Assembly: GCA_028818855.1 (NCBI GenBank)
Contig: JAPPMY010000192.1
Coordinates: forward strand, 31,119 to 95,118
Direction: 5' to 3'
DNA: 64,000 nucleotides
Source of the DNA: Rhodospirillales bacterium
GTDB taxonomy: Bacteria; Pseudomonadota; Alphaproteobacteria; UBA828
In this document: one piece after another, positions 36,497 through 45,445 of the stretch
How the letters are laid out: every line of letters starts with the position of its first letter
Position numbering within the stretch: the first letter of the stretch is position 1
Program-made: the position numbers and the translations under genes
Notes under the pieces: generated by a model
The model's input: the letters and a program-made list of their open reading frames with translations, nothing else
Database searches by the model: none
Told to the model about the DNA's origin: nothing

Positions 36497-37765
36497 ATGG
36501 ACATCATCTTGAAGAACGCGCTCGTGGCGCACGAGGACAAGCCCGTGCGCGCGGCCGATATCGCCATCGAGGGCGAGCGCATCGTGGCGGTCGAACCGGG
36601 GATCACGGCAGACGCCGGCGAGACGATCGACTGCGCGGGCCGGCTCGTCTCGGGCCCGCTGATCGACCCGCACGTCCATCTCGACGCGGTGCTGACCGCG
36701 AACCTGGAGCCCAACGTCTCCGGCACGCTACACGAGGGCATCGCCAATTGGGGCCGGCAGAAGGAGATCCGCGACCTCGAATCGGTGAAGGCGCGCGCCA
36801 AGCAGGCGATCGACTGGGAGGTCGCGCAGGGCGCGGGCTTCATCCGCACCCATGCCGATACCTCGGACGAGGGCCAGCTCTCCATGCAGGCCCTGCTTGA
36901 AGTGAAGGACGAGGTGAGCGACCGGGTCGACCTGCAGATCGTGGCGTTTCCGCAGGACGGCATTCACTCCCACCCGGGCGGCCCGGCGCTTTTCCTCCGT
37001 GCGCTCGACATGGGGCCGGACGTGATCGGCGGCATCCCCCACAACGAGGCGACGCGGGAGGCGGGCGTCGCCAGCCTCAAGCTGATCTTCGACGAGGCGG
37101 AGAAGCGGGGGCTCTTGATCGACGCGCACTGCGACGAGGTCGACGACCCCAACTCGCGCTTCACCGAGGTGATGGCGCACGAGACCTATTACCGCGGCAT
37201 GCAGGGCCGGGTGACCGCGAGCCACTGCGCGGCCATGCACTCCTACGCCAACGCCTACGCCTTCCGGCTCTTCGGCTGGCTCGAGCGGGGCGGGCTCAAC
37301 GTCATCGCCAACCCCTTCGACAACCTGATCCTACTGGCGCGGGAGGACACCTACCCCAAGCGCCGCGCGATGACGCGGGTGAAGGAGCTGTGGCAGGCCG
37401 GGATCACCGTCGGCATCGGCCACGATTCGATCATGGACCCGTGGTATCCGCTCGGGCGCGGCGACATGGTGCAGGCGGCCTCGTTCGCGCTCCACGTCTG
37501 CCAGATGTCGGGCACGGCGGAGATCGACGCCTGCTTCGACATGGTCACCTGGAAGAACGCCGCGATCCTGGCGCTGGAGGACTACGGCGTGGCGCCCGGC
37601 TGCCGCGCCGACCTCGCGGTGTTCGACGCCTCCAGCAAGGCGGACGTGCTGCGCATCAACCCGGCGTGCACCCACGTGTTCAAGCGCGGCAGACTGGTCG
37701 CCGCGACCACGCCTGCGAGCCGGACGGTGATGGGCGGGGCGGTCGACCTCACGCTCGGCAACTGA
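36497..37765 (+). CDS. amidohydrolase, cytosine deaminase / AtzC-like subfamily
   Basis: The N-terminus IILKNALV…IAIEGERIVAV…GRLVSGPLIDPHVHLDAVL carries the HxH metal motif. 422 aa. Confidence 0.8.
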   Translation: MDIILKNALVAHEDKPVRAADIAIEGERIVAVEPGITADAGETIDCAGRLVSGPLIDPHVHLDAVLTANLEPNVSGTLHEGIANWGRQKEIRDLESVKARAKQAIDWEVAQGAGFIRTHADTSDEGQLSMQALLEVKDEVSDRVDLQIVAFPQDGIHSHPGGPALFLRALDMGPDVIGGIPHNEATREAGVASLKLIFDEAEKRGLLIDAHCDEVDDPNSRFTEVMAHETYYRGMQGRVTASHCAAMHSYANAYAFRLFGWLERGGLNVIANPFDNLILLAREDTYPKRRAMTRVKELWQAGITVGIGHDSIMDPWYPLGRGDMVQAASFALHVCQMSGTAEIDACFDMVTWKNAAILALEDYGVAPGCRADLAVFDASSKADVLRINPACTHVFKRGRLVAATTPASRTVMGGAVDLTLGN

Positions 37766-37798
37766 GCGCGGCGTATCGGTAACTCGGGAGAGACGATC

Positions 37799-39577
37799 AT
37801 GCAGACCTACAACGCGCCGCTTCGCGACATGCGCTTCGTGCTCAACGAGCTTCTCGACGTGGGTGAGCTGGCCACGCTGCCGGGTTACGAGGACGCCACG
37901 CCCGACGTGATCGACGCGATGATCGAGGAAGGCGCCAAGCTCTGCGAGAACACGCTGCTGCCGCTCAACCGCCCCGCGGACGAGGAGGGCTGCCACTACG
38001 AGAACGGCGTGGTGCGCACGCCCGCCGGCTACAAGGAGGCCTACAGGACCTTCGTGGATGCCGGCTGGACCGGGGTCACCATGTCGCCGGACTACGGCGG
38101 CAAGGGGCTGCCCCAGACCATCAGCATGGTCTTCGACGAGATGGTGTGCTCGACCAACCTCGCCTTCGGCGTCTATCCCCTGCTCTCCAACGGCGCCGCC
38201 TCGGTGATCGAGCTGCACGCGGCGGAGGCGCTCAAGCAGGCCTATCTGCCCCGGCTGGGCGATGGCACCTGGAGCGGCACCATGTGCCTGACCGAGCCCC
38301 ATTGCGGGACGGACCTGGGCCTCATCCGCACCAAGGCGGTGCCGAAGGGGGACGGCCGCTACGCGATCTCCGGCACCAAGATCTTCATCTCCGCCGGCGA
38401 GCATGACCTCACCGAGAACATCGTCCACCTCGTGCTGGCGAAGCTGCCGGATGCGCCGGCGGGTGTGCGCGGCATCAGCCTCTTCCTGGTGCCCAAGCGC
38501 AGGCTCAAGGACGACGGCACCGCCGGCCCTGCCAACGGCGTCTCCTGCGGCTCGATCGAGGAGAAGATGGGCATCCACGGCTCGGCCACCTGCGTGATGC
38601 ACTTCGACGAGGCCGAGGGCTACCTGATCGGCGCGCCGCACAAGGGCCTGCGCTGCATGTTCACGATGATGAACGGCGCCCGCCTCGGCGTCGGGTTCCA
38701 GGGCCTGGGGCTGGGCGAGACCGCCTATCAGAGCGCCACGGCCTACGCGAAGGACCGCCGCCAGGGGCGCGGGCTCAAGGGCGCCGAGGAGCCGGAGGCG
38801 GCAGCGGACCCGATCATCGTCCACCCCGACGTGCGCCGCATGCTGCTCACCCAGCGCGCGATCAACGAGGGTGCGCGCGCGCTTGCCTACTGGACGGCGC
38901 TCCAGCTCGACATCTCGCGCAGCCACGAGGACGCCTCGGTGCGCGAAGATGCGGACGAGCTGGTGCAGCTGATGACGCCGATCATCAAGGCCTTCTTCAC
39001 CGACTACGGCTTCGAGGCCACCAACCTCGCCGTCCAGGTCCACGGCGGCCACGGCTACATCCGCGAGCACGGCATGGAGCAGCTCGTGCGCGATGCGCGG
39101 ATCAGCCAGATCTACGAGGGTGCGAACGGCATCCAGGCGCTCGACCTGGTGGGGCGCAAGCTGCCGAGCCGTGCCGGGCGTTACCTGCGCCACTTCTTCC
39201 ACCCCGCCGTCGCCTTCATCGAAGAGAACAAGGACGACCCCGAACTCGCCGACATCGTGGGCCCCGTGGGCAAGGCGCTCGGCAAGCTGCAGACGGCGAC
39301 GCTGGTCGTCGCGCAACGCGGCCTCGGCGATCCCGAGGAGGCCGGTGCTGCGGCCTCCGATTATCTCAGGATGTTCGGGCTCGTGGCGGTCGGCTACATG
39401 TGGTGCCAGATGGCGAAGCTCGCCCGCGACAAGCAGAACGGCGACGCCTTCTACGCCACCAAGCTCAAGACCGCCCGCTTCTACGTGCAGAAGATCCTGC
39501 CGGACAGCGCCGGGCTCTTCCTCAAGATCATGGCGGGCAAGGGCACCGTCATGGCCCACGGCGCGGAGGAGTTCTGA
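37799..39577 (+). CDS. long acyl-CoA dehydrogenase (DmdC/AidB-like, about 590 aa class)
   Basis: N-terminal MQTYNAPLRDMRFVLNELLDV…, plus CLTEPHCGTDLGLIRTKA and QVHGGHGYIREHGMEQLVRDARISQIYEGANGIQALDLVGRKL. Confidence 0.85.
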   Translation: MQTYNAPLRDMRFVLNELLDVGELATLPGYEDATPDVIDAMIEEGAKLCENTLLPLNRPADEEGCHYENGVVRTPAGYKEAYRTFVDAGWTGVTMSPDYGGKGLPQTISMVFDEMVCSTNLAFGVYPLLSNGAASVIELHAAEALKQAYLPRLGDGTWSGTMCLTEPHCGTDLGLIRTKAVPKGDGRYAISGTKIFISAGEHDLTENIVHLVLAKLPDAPAGVRGISLFLVPKRRLKDDGTAGPANGVSCGSIEEKMGIHGSATCVMHFDEAEGYLIGAPHKGLRCMFTMMNGARLGVGFQGLGLGETAYQSATAYAKDRRQGRGLKGAEEPEAAADPIIVHPDVRRMLLTQRAINEGARALAYWTALQLDISRSHEDASVREDADELVQLMTPIIKAFFTDYGFEATNLAVQVHGGHGYIREHGMEQLVRDARISQIYEGANGIQALDLVGRKLPSRAGRYLRHFFHPAVAFIEENKDDPELADIVGPVGKALGKLQTATLVVAQRGLGDPEEAGAAASDYLRMFGLVAVGYMWCQMAKLARDKQNGDAFYATKLKTARFYVQKILPDSAGLFLKIMAGKGTVMAHGAEEF

Positions 39578-39597
39578 GCGGCGGAGACGCGGCAGCC

Positions 39598-40443
39598 GTG
39601 ACCGAGACCCTCACCCTCGACCGGCTCGCGGGCCGCATCGCCGACGGCGCCATGGTGGCGCTGCCGCCTGACTATTCCTTCGTGCCGATGGCGGCGGTGC
39701 GCGCGCTGGTGCGGCGGGGCCTACGCAACCTGCAGGTCGTCACCGTGCCGCAGGCGGGCATCGCCGCGGACATCCTGATCGGCGCGGGCTGCGTCGCCAC
39801 CATCGAGACCGCGGCGGTGAGCCTCGGCGAGCTTGGCAACGCGCCCCGCTTCGCCGCAGCGGTGGAAGGCGGTCGGCTCGCGATCCGCGACTCCACCTGT
39901 CCAGCGATCCACGCCGCGCTGCAGGCGGGCGAGAAGGGCGTCCCCTTCATGCCGTTGCGGGGCCTCATCGGCTCCGACCTGCTGCGCGTGCGCCCGGACT
40001 GGCAGGTGATCGACAACCCGCTGACGGACGGCGGCGATCCCATCGTCCTGCTGCCGGCGCTCAAGCCCGATGTCGCGCTCTTCCACGCGCCTTACGCCGA
40101 CGAGCACGGCAACGTCTGGCTTGGCGCGCGCCGCGAGCTGGTGACCATGGCCCACGCGGCGAGGGAGACTCTCGTCACCGTCGAGGAGGTGCGGCCGGGC
40201 GACCTGCTCGCCGACGAGACGCTGGCGGCGGGCACCCTGCCCGCGCTCTACGTCACGGCGCTGGCGGAAGCCCCGCGCGGCGCCTGGCCCCTCGGTCTCG
40301 CCGGGCGCTACGAGGCCGACCGCGCCCATCTCGCCGACTACGCCAGGCGCGCGGCAAGCGAGGAGGGCTTCGCGGCCTACTGCGCCGAGCACGTGATGGC
40401 CGCCGGGACGGACGAGGCCACCGCCGCCTGCGCCGCCGAATGA
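39598..40443 (+). CDS. CoA-transferase subunit A-like (glutaconate/3-oxoacid CoA-transferase family)
   Basis: GTG at residue 67 of ORF 39400..40443, with GGAGA upstream. Family-like segments are MVALPPDYSFVPMAAVRALVRRG and FMPLRGLIGSDLL. Its stop overlaps the start of subunit B. Confidence 0.7.
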   Translation: MTETLTLDRLAGRIADGAMVALPPDYSFVPMAAVRALVRRGLRNLQVVTVPQAGIAADILIGAGCVATIETAAVSLGELGNAPRFAAAVEGGRLAIRDSTCPAIHAALQAGEKGVPFMPLRGLIGSDLLRVRPDWQVIDNPLTDGGDPIVLLPALKPDVALFHAPYADEHGNVWLGARRELVTMAHAARETLVTVEEVRPGDLLADETLAAGTLPALYVTALAEAPRGAWPLGLAGRYEADRAHLADYARRAASEEGFAAYCAEHVMAAGTDEATAACAAE

Positions 40444-41177
40444 GCCCGGCGACGACCGCGCTCCTCATCGACGTCATCGCCGGGATGCTGGAGGGCCTCG
40501 GCCGCGTCGCGGTCGGCGCCTCCTCACCCATACCCGCCGCAGCCGCCATGCTCGCGCGCGAGCGCGGCGGCGGCCGGCCCGCGATCAGCCTGCTCGGCGC
40601 CCAGGCCGGGAGCGACATGACCGACGGCGGGCGGGAGCTATTCGACCGCGCGGGCCAGGGGCGCATCGACGCCTTCTTCCTGGGCGGCGTGCAGATCGAC
40701 GGCGGCGCCAACATCAACCTCGTCGGCACCGGCCCGCATCCGGCGGCGGACAAGCGCTTCCCCGGCTCCTACGGCTCGGCCTACCTCTACTTCGTGGTGC
40801 CCCGCGTGATCCTTTTCCGGGGCGAGCACACGCCGCGCACGCTAGTACGCAAGGTGGATTTCGTGAGCGCGCCGGGGACCAGCCCGCCGGAGGTCTACCG
40901 GCCGGGCGGGCCTTACGCGCTGGTGACGGGGCGCTGCGTCTTTCGCTTCGATGGGGCGCGGGGGCGCTTCCGCCTCGCCTCGCTGCACCCCGGCCACGAC
41001 CTCGACGACGTGCGCGCCGCCACGGGCTTCGACTTCGATTGCGACGAAGACCCGCCCACGACGGCCACCCCGAGCGACGAGACGATGGCGCTGATACGCG
41101 GGCCCATCGGCAAGGCGCTCGCCGAACTCTACCCCCGCTTCGCCGCCGCCTTGCTCGACGGCAAGAGGGCGACGTAG
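40440..41177 (+). CDS. CoA-transferase subunit B-like
   Basis: ORF track. The segment FFLGGVQIDGGANINL…FPGSYGSAYLYFVVPRVILF resembles the beta subunits of class I CoA-transferases. Coupled to subunit A. Confidence 0.65.
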   Translation: MSPATTALLIDVIAGMLEGLGRVAVGASSPIPAAAAMLARERGGGRPAISLLGAQAGSDMTDGGRELFDRAGQGRIDAFFLGGVQIDGGANINLVGTGPHPAADKRFPGSYGSAYLYFVVPRVILFRGEHTPRTLVRKVDFVSAPGTSPPEVYRPGGPYALVTGRCVFRFDGARGRFRLASLHPGHDLDDVRAATGFDFDCDEDPPTTATPSDETMALIRGPIGKALAELYPRFAAALLDGKRAT

Positions 41178-41220
41178 CAGCCCCCATCTCGATATCCCTC
41201 AGGCGCTGCGCGCTCGCTCC

Positions 41221-41690
41221 GCTAGCCCGTATTTTAGATTTCGACAACTTGCGTCAGTTCGATAGTGCACTGTAATAGCGCGGTAAATTACCTTCCTTTG
41301 GGAGCCGGGGATCAGTTTTTGCAGAACCGGTCATCAAACCGAATTCGATGTTTTTCAGTGTGCCGACGATCGCGGGCTCCAAGTGGCGATGGATGACCGT
41401 CTTCGTACCTGCCGGCAACTTTCGTGCGGTCGCGCGGGGTGACGGCGATGAGAACAGCAGCAGTCCGACCCGTCCATGGTGAAGCCGTTTCGGGAACAGG
41501 CGGTTCACCTGGAGGCGCCATTGCGCGCCAAGCGATCGAATGCGGCAGCTGACGAGTGTCGGTCGTACCGTGGCGAACGGGGCTATTCTAATGTATCGGG
41601 CTTCGTTTCCAATCCCTCAGGAGTTGTCTGCCCCACAACTCGTCGTTCCAGCGACCGGTAGCGTTGCGACAATAAGTTTGAGGTGGCCAC
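41221..41690 (+). repeat. Unclassified ~470-bp non-coding element, copy A (left flank of the RiPP island)
   Basis: It aligns without gaps to 61715-62184 (offset 20494). By my hand count 72 mismatches occur in the first 420 nt. Both copies start with GCTAGCCCG(T/G)ATTT. The most conserved block is 41548-41626. Confidence 0.7.
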
Positions 41691-41905
41691 AAGCGCCAGG
41701 GTTGGAAGACATGGCTCCCGGCGGCAGCGATTCGTAGGGTGGCGAGGAACAGCCGCTAGCGTGGTTTCCGCCAGCGTGCGTGGTGTATCCCTTCTCGTAC
41801 CCGGTGACGGCTTGGAACGGCACCCGGGATCGCGCGCTCAGCCTGTATCTCCGACCCTGTGTGGATCCGACATGGATCCATCCTGATGCCCTGTAGAGCG
41901 CGGAG

Positions 41906-42205
41906 GTGCAAGCGGAGGCTCCATCCGCACCGCAGAGCCTGGTGGCGACGCCGGGCGACCGCGCGGTGACGCTGGCCTGGCAGGCGCCGGCGAGCGACGG
42001 CGGCGCCTCGATCAGCGGCTATCAATACCGCTCTGTCGAAGGCACCTCGTTGCCGAACGACACGGCTTGGGCATCGGTCGGGACCGACCTGACGATTACG
42101 GTGAGCGGGCTTGCGGACGCACAGCCCCACATATTTCAGGTGCGGGCGGTCAACCGGGTGGGTCCGGGCGCCCAGAGCGAAACGGCTGCGACGGTTCTGG
42201 AGTTG
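41906..42205 (+). pseudogene. fibronectin type III domain fragment (orphan, no N-terminal context)
   Basis: The first ~100 aa of ORF 41906..42586 read PSAPQSLVATPGDRAVTLAWQAPASDGGASISGYQYRSVEG…HIFQVRAVNRVGPGAQS, a canonical FN3 repeat. An in-frame stop lies just upstream. The rest of the ORF is read-through across the HigA remnant. Confidence 0.4.
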
Positions 42206-42326
42206 CCCCTGTTGTCGGTGGATGTTGATCGGCGCGCAGGTTGGACGCCGATCGGTGCCCTAACTCGTTGGTTTTACATGATACAGCGGGGTCAAGGTTG
42301 GGCGCCGAACAACAATCGAGCACGTC

Positions 42327-42509
42327 ATGGAAACCCGCGGCTATCGCCAGAAGGACCTCGCCGCCGTCATCGGCTCGCAGCCGCACGCCTCGGAGGTGCT
42401 GAACCGCCGCCGTCCCCTGAGCTTGCCGATGATCCGGGCGCTTTCGGCGCAATGGGATCTTCCGGCCGACACGTTGGTGCGCGAGTACGATCTGGCGACG
42501 ACCAGTTAA
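42327..42509 (+). pseudogene. HigA-type (XRE HTH) antitoxin C-terminal remnant
   Basis: METRGYRQKDLAAVIGSQPHASEVLNRRRPLSLPMIRALSAQWDLPADTLV matches the C-terminal HTH of HigA-family antitoxins (…qKDLA..iGs.s.vSevLnGkRpLt…ir.L…lgiPae.L). The usual ~60-aa N-terminal part is absent, and a stop lies about 15 codons upstream. Confidence 0.5.
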
Positions 42510-42596
42510 GCGGGTGTTGGCATGGCGGCTTGCGATGGAGTCGCACGGAGCCGGGAAGAATTCAACCGTGTGAGTTACATGAGTAAATCAGGGTTC

Positions 42597-42799
42597 TCAC
42601 GCCGAGCCCGAAGGCGTTTTCGCTAAACTGCGCAGGAAGTCGAACCAGGAGTCTCTGCCCCGGACGCGCCGATCGCCATGCCTCAATCCCCGTGCCGGCC
42701 CCCGCGCTCGCTGCAAGATATTGCGGGTCATCCTTGGCGTAATAACCATCCTTCTCATAGTAGGTGACGCCCTACGCCGACGACGATGTAGTCCCACAT
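42597..42799 (-). pseudogene. MobF/TrwC-TraI-type conjugative relaxase N-terminal remnant (frameshifted, truncated); approximate
   Basis: One minus-strand frame gives TYYEKDGYYAKDDPQ (compare F TraI NYYTDKDNYYVLG). The adjacent frame (ORF 42597..42824) gives …GLRHGDRRVRGRDSWFDFLRSLAKTPSG (compare LGLqGsVdkdvFtrLLeGrlPdG). At least two frameshifts, then truncation. Confidence 0.35.
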
Positions 42800-42999
42800 C
42801 ACGACCTCTTCGTCTCGCCCGCACATGGCTCCATGGGTGCCGCGACCACGTGGCGTACCCACCGGCTCGTTATCTTGCATAACATGAGAGATTGGGCGGG
42901 CCTCTGGCCCGTGTATTTCTCATTGCTTGACCGCATCCTCTCGCTAGGGGCAATTGATGCCGATACTGCAGAGTCTCCTGAATGGACTGAGAGGCCGCC

Positions 43000-45432
43000 A
43001 TGGCGGAGGTTAGGACCGAGCCAAGCGGCTTGGGTACCGGAGCGGTTGCAGGCGGCAGGCCAATCCAGCCGTCGCTCTGGGGCGTCCTCCCCCACTTCCT
43101 GCCGCTCCTGATCTTCCCGCTGATCGTCAACGCCGCCATGCAGGGCAGCTGGTGGATCGCGGCGCCGTTCGTCTTCTTCATGCTGACGGGGCCGCTGGAC
43201 AACGCGTTCGGCGCGGACGAGCGCAACATGGATCCGAAGAGGACGCCGGAAGGCCGGTTGTTTGTGTACAACCTGCCGGTCTGGCTGTGGGCGTTCCTCT
43301 GGCCGGCGACGTTCGCGTTCACCCTCTGGCATATTCTCGTCGTCGGCCACTTGGCGTTGTGGGAAGGCGCGCTGATGGCGGTGGTGTTGGCGGGCGAGGC
43401 CCAGGCGGTGTTCATCGTCGGCCACGAACTGGTCCACCGTCGCGCGACGTGGGAGCGCCGCCTCGGCGAGTTCTTGCTGGCCTCGGCCTCCTACCCGCAC
43501 TACGCCACGGAGCACGTTTACATTCACCATGCGCTCGTCGGCACGCCACTGGACGTGGGCTCGGCGCCCAAGGGCGAGAGCATCTGGCGCTACTTCCCGC
43601 GGGAACTGGCGAGCAACATTCTCGGCGCCTGGCGGGTTTCCCGCGAGCGGCTGGCGCGGCGCGGCCACCCGGTCTGGCACTACTCGAATCCCTTCTGGCG
43701 CTACGCTATCGCGACCGCCTTCTGGTACGCGCTGATCTACTGGATGGGCGATTGGTGGGCGATTCTGATCTTCGCCGTGCTCTGCCTCGGCGTCGTCTTT
43801 TCGATGAAGATCAGCAACTACATCCAGCACTACGGGCTGCGCCGGATCCGCCTGCCCAACGGCAAGTTCGAGAAGGTCCGGCCGCGCCATTCCTGGAGCG
43901 CCAACCGCAGGTTCAGCAACTGGATGTTCTACAACATGCAGCGTCATCCGGATCATCACGCCGTGGCGAGCCGGCAGTACGCGCTGTTGCAACACCATGG
44001 CGAGGACGAATCGCCGCAACTGCCGGGAAGCTACGCCAAGCTGTTCAATCTGGCGGTGCGTCCGAAGCGCTGGTTCGAGACGATGGACCCGCTGGTCGAC
44101 CAGTGGCGGGCGCATTTCTACCCCGAGATCGACGACTGGAGCGCCTACGACAGCGCTGTGGCCGAGGCGCGGCCGGAGGCCTTCGACGCGATTGTCGAGA
44201 TCTTCGGCGCATCGCCGCGCCTCGCCGGGGCGATCGAGCGAAACCCGGAGCTTCTCGACAGTCTGCAGGACAAGGAATTCACCGATCTCGACCTCCCGAG
44301 CGGGTTCGGTCCGGATCCACAATTCGAGGCGACTGCCCGTCGCGGCCTCGCCCGCCTCTACTGGACGCACGAGTTCGGCGTTGCGGACATGAAGGAGCAG
44401 ATCGCCGAGACCCCGGCGCAGGACGCGCGCGATGCGGCGGACGCCGTGCGCAACTGGTCCAACGACAAGGCCATTCAGATCGGCATGCACACCCTGCGCG
44501 GCAACCTCACGCCGATCGAGGCGGGCGTGGCGCTCGCCAACGTGGCCGAGGCCGCGATCGCCGTCGTCCTGTCGGCGGTCGCGGAGGATGTCGCCGATCG
44601 TCGCGGCCCACTGGACCAGGCCGGTATCGCGGCGATCGTGCTCGGCGACCTGGCGAGCGGCGAGATGGCGCCCGGCGCCGCGCTCGACGTGGTGTTCGTG
44701 CACGACGGCGGCGCGGCGAGCGATCACGCGGCGCTCATCCGCCGCTTCCGCGACGCCCTCCGCGCCCTGTCGCGCGCCAGTCTGGTGTTCGCGCCGATCG
44801 CGCGCGGCGGAAATGCAAGAGCCGCCCTGTCGCTCGCGGACCTGGCCGAACGCGGCAGCAGCGCAGGCGACACCGACGCGCTCCTGGAACTCACGCGCGC
44901 CCGTTGCGTTTTCACCTGCGGCGATGCCGGGATCGGGGAACGGTTCGACGAGGCCCGGCGCGACCTCCTCTCCCGCGGCGGCGGACGCGACGCGCTCATC
45001 GCCGCGCTGCGCCGGGCCGGCGGCGGCACGGCCGCGCCTGGCCTCGCGTCCATCGACGAGATGAAGGGCGGCCTCGGGGACGTGGAACGCGCCGCCCGGT
45101 TGCTGCAACTGACTCACGCCGCGGATGCCGCAGACGCCTCGGACGATCCGGCACCCAGCGCGGCCTCGGTGTTTCAGGCTGCCATGGCGCGCGGATCGGC
45201 TCCCGTCGAGGCTGTGGAGCAACTCGCGGAGGCCGCGACGATGTGGCGCACCCTGCGGGGTATCCTGCGGCTGGTGGCGGAAGACGCCGCCAAGGCCGAG
45301 GCGGCATCGGACAAGGTCAAGACCGTCATCGCGCGGTCCGCCGGAATTGATGACTTCGACACGCTGACCGCCACGATTCGCGACACGGCATCCGCGGCCG
45401 CAACCGGCGTCGCGACCGTGTCGAGAGAATAG
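43000..45432 (+). CDS. fusion protein: AlkB-like integral-membrane di-iron hydroxylase/desaturase domain + GlnE-like nucleotidyltransferase domain (810 aa)
   Basis: N-terminal half has the His boxes HELVHR, EHVYIHH and NYIQHYGL plus HSWS…RHPDHH of the alkane-1-monooxygenase/FA_desaturase family. The C-terminal half (…RNWSNDKAIQIGMHTLRGNLTPIEAG…AAIVLGDLASGEMAPGAALDVVFVHD…) aligns to the glutamine-synthetase adenylyltransferase repeat. Confidence 0.8.
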   Translation: MAEVRTEPSGLGTGAVAGGRPIQPSLWGVLPHFLPLLIFPLIVNAAMQGSWWIAAPFVFFMLTGPLDNAFGADERNMDPKRTPEGRLFVYNLPVWLWAFLWPATFAFTLWHILVVGHLALWEGALMAVVLAGEAQAVFIVGHELVHRRATWERRLGEFLLASASYPHYATEHVYIHHALVGTPLDVGSAPKGESIWRYFPRELASNILGAWRVSRERLARRGHPVWHYSNPFWRYAIATAFWYALIYWMGDWWAILIFAVLCLGVVFSMKISNYIQHYGLRRIRLPNGKFEKVRPRHSWSANRRFSNWMFYNMQRHPDHHAVASRQYALLQHHGEDESPQLPGSYAKLFNLAVRPKRWFETMDPLVDQWRAHFYPEIDDWSAYDSAVAEARPEAFDAIVEIFGASPRLAGAIERNPELLDSLQDKEFTDLDLPSGFGPDPQFEATARRGLARLYWTHEFGVADMKEQIAETPAQDARDAADAVRNWSNDKAIQIGMHTLRGNLTPIEAGVALANVAEAAIAVVLSAVAEDVADRRGPLDQAGIAAIVLGDLASGEMAPGAALDVVFVHDGGAASDHAALIRRFRDALRALSRASLVFAPIARGGNARAALSLADLAERGSSAGDTDALLELTRARCVFTCGDAGIGERFDEARRDLLSRGGGRDALIAALRRAGGGTAAPGLASIDEMKGGLGDVERAARLLQLTHAADAADASDDPAPSAASVFQAAMARGSAPVEAVEQLAEAATMWRTLRGILRLVAEDAAKAEAASDKVKTVIARSAGIDDFDTLTATIRDTASAAATGVATVSRE

Positions 45433-45445
45433 CGCCTCTCACGCG

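Noticed and set aside
41254-41521. Conserved small ORFs on the 470-bp element (41254..41508 -, 41312..41521 -, 41476..41661 +, and their partners 61748..62002 -, 61728..62024 -, 61955..62344 +).
   Set aside because: All frames are similarly conserved. The differences between the two copies show no third-position bias and are mostly non-synonymous. One plus-strand frame gains a stop in copy B. Conservation is at the nucleotide level.
41221-41690. The 470-bp element as a group II intron, tmRNA, RNase P RNA, cobalamin riboswitch or tRNA. GGCTCAGTTCCATAGTGCA vaguely resembles a tRNA D-arm.
   Set aside because: There is no GUGYG 5' end and no domain-V-like 34-nt hairpin on either strand. There is no GGTTCGAnTCC T-arm, no CCA-proximal acceptor, no GAGGAAAGUCCGG P4 sequence and no B12 box. 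There is also no reverse transcriptase, IscB, TnpB or IS110-type gene next to either copy. It is left unclassified.
42597-43000. An oriT upstream of the relaxase remnant.
   Set aside because: I found no convincing inverted repeat plus nick-site consensus by eye. With the relaxase itself degraded, any call would be guesswork.
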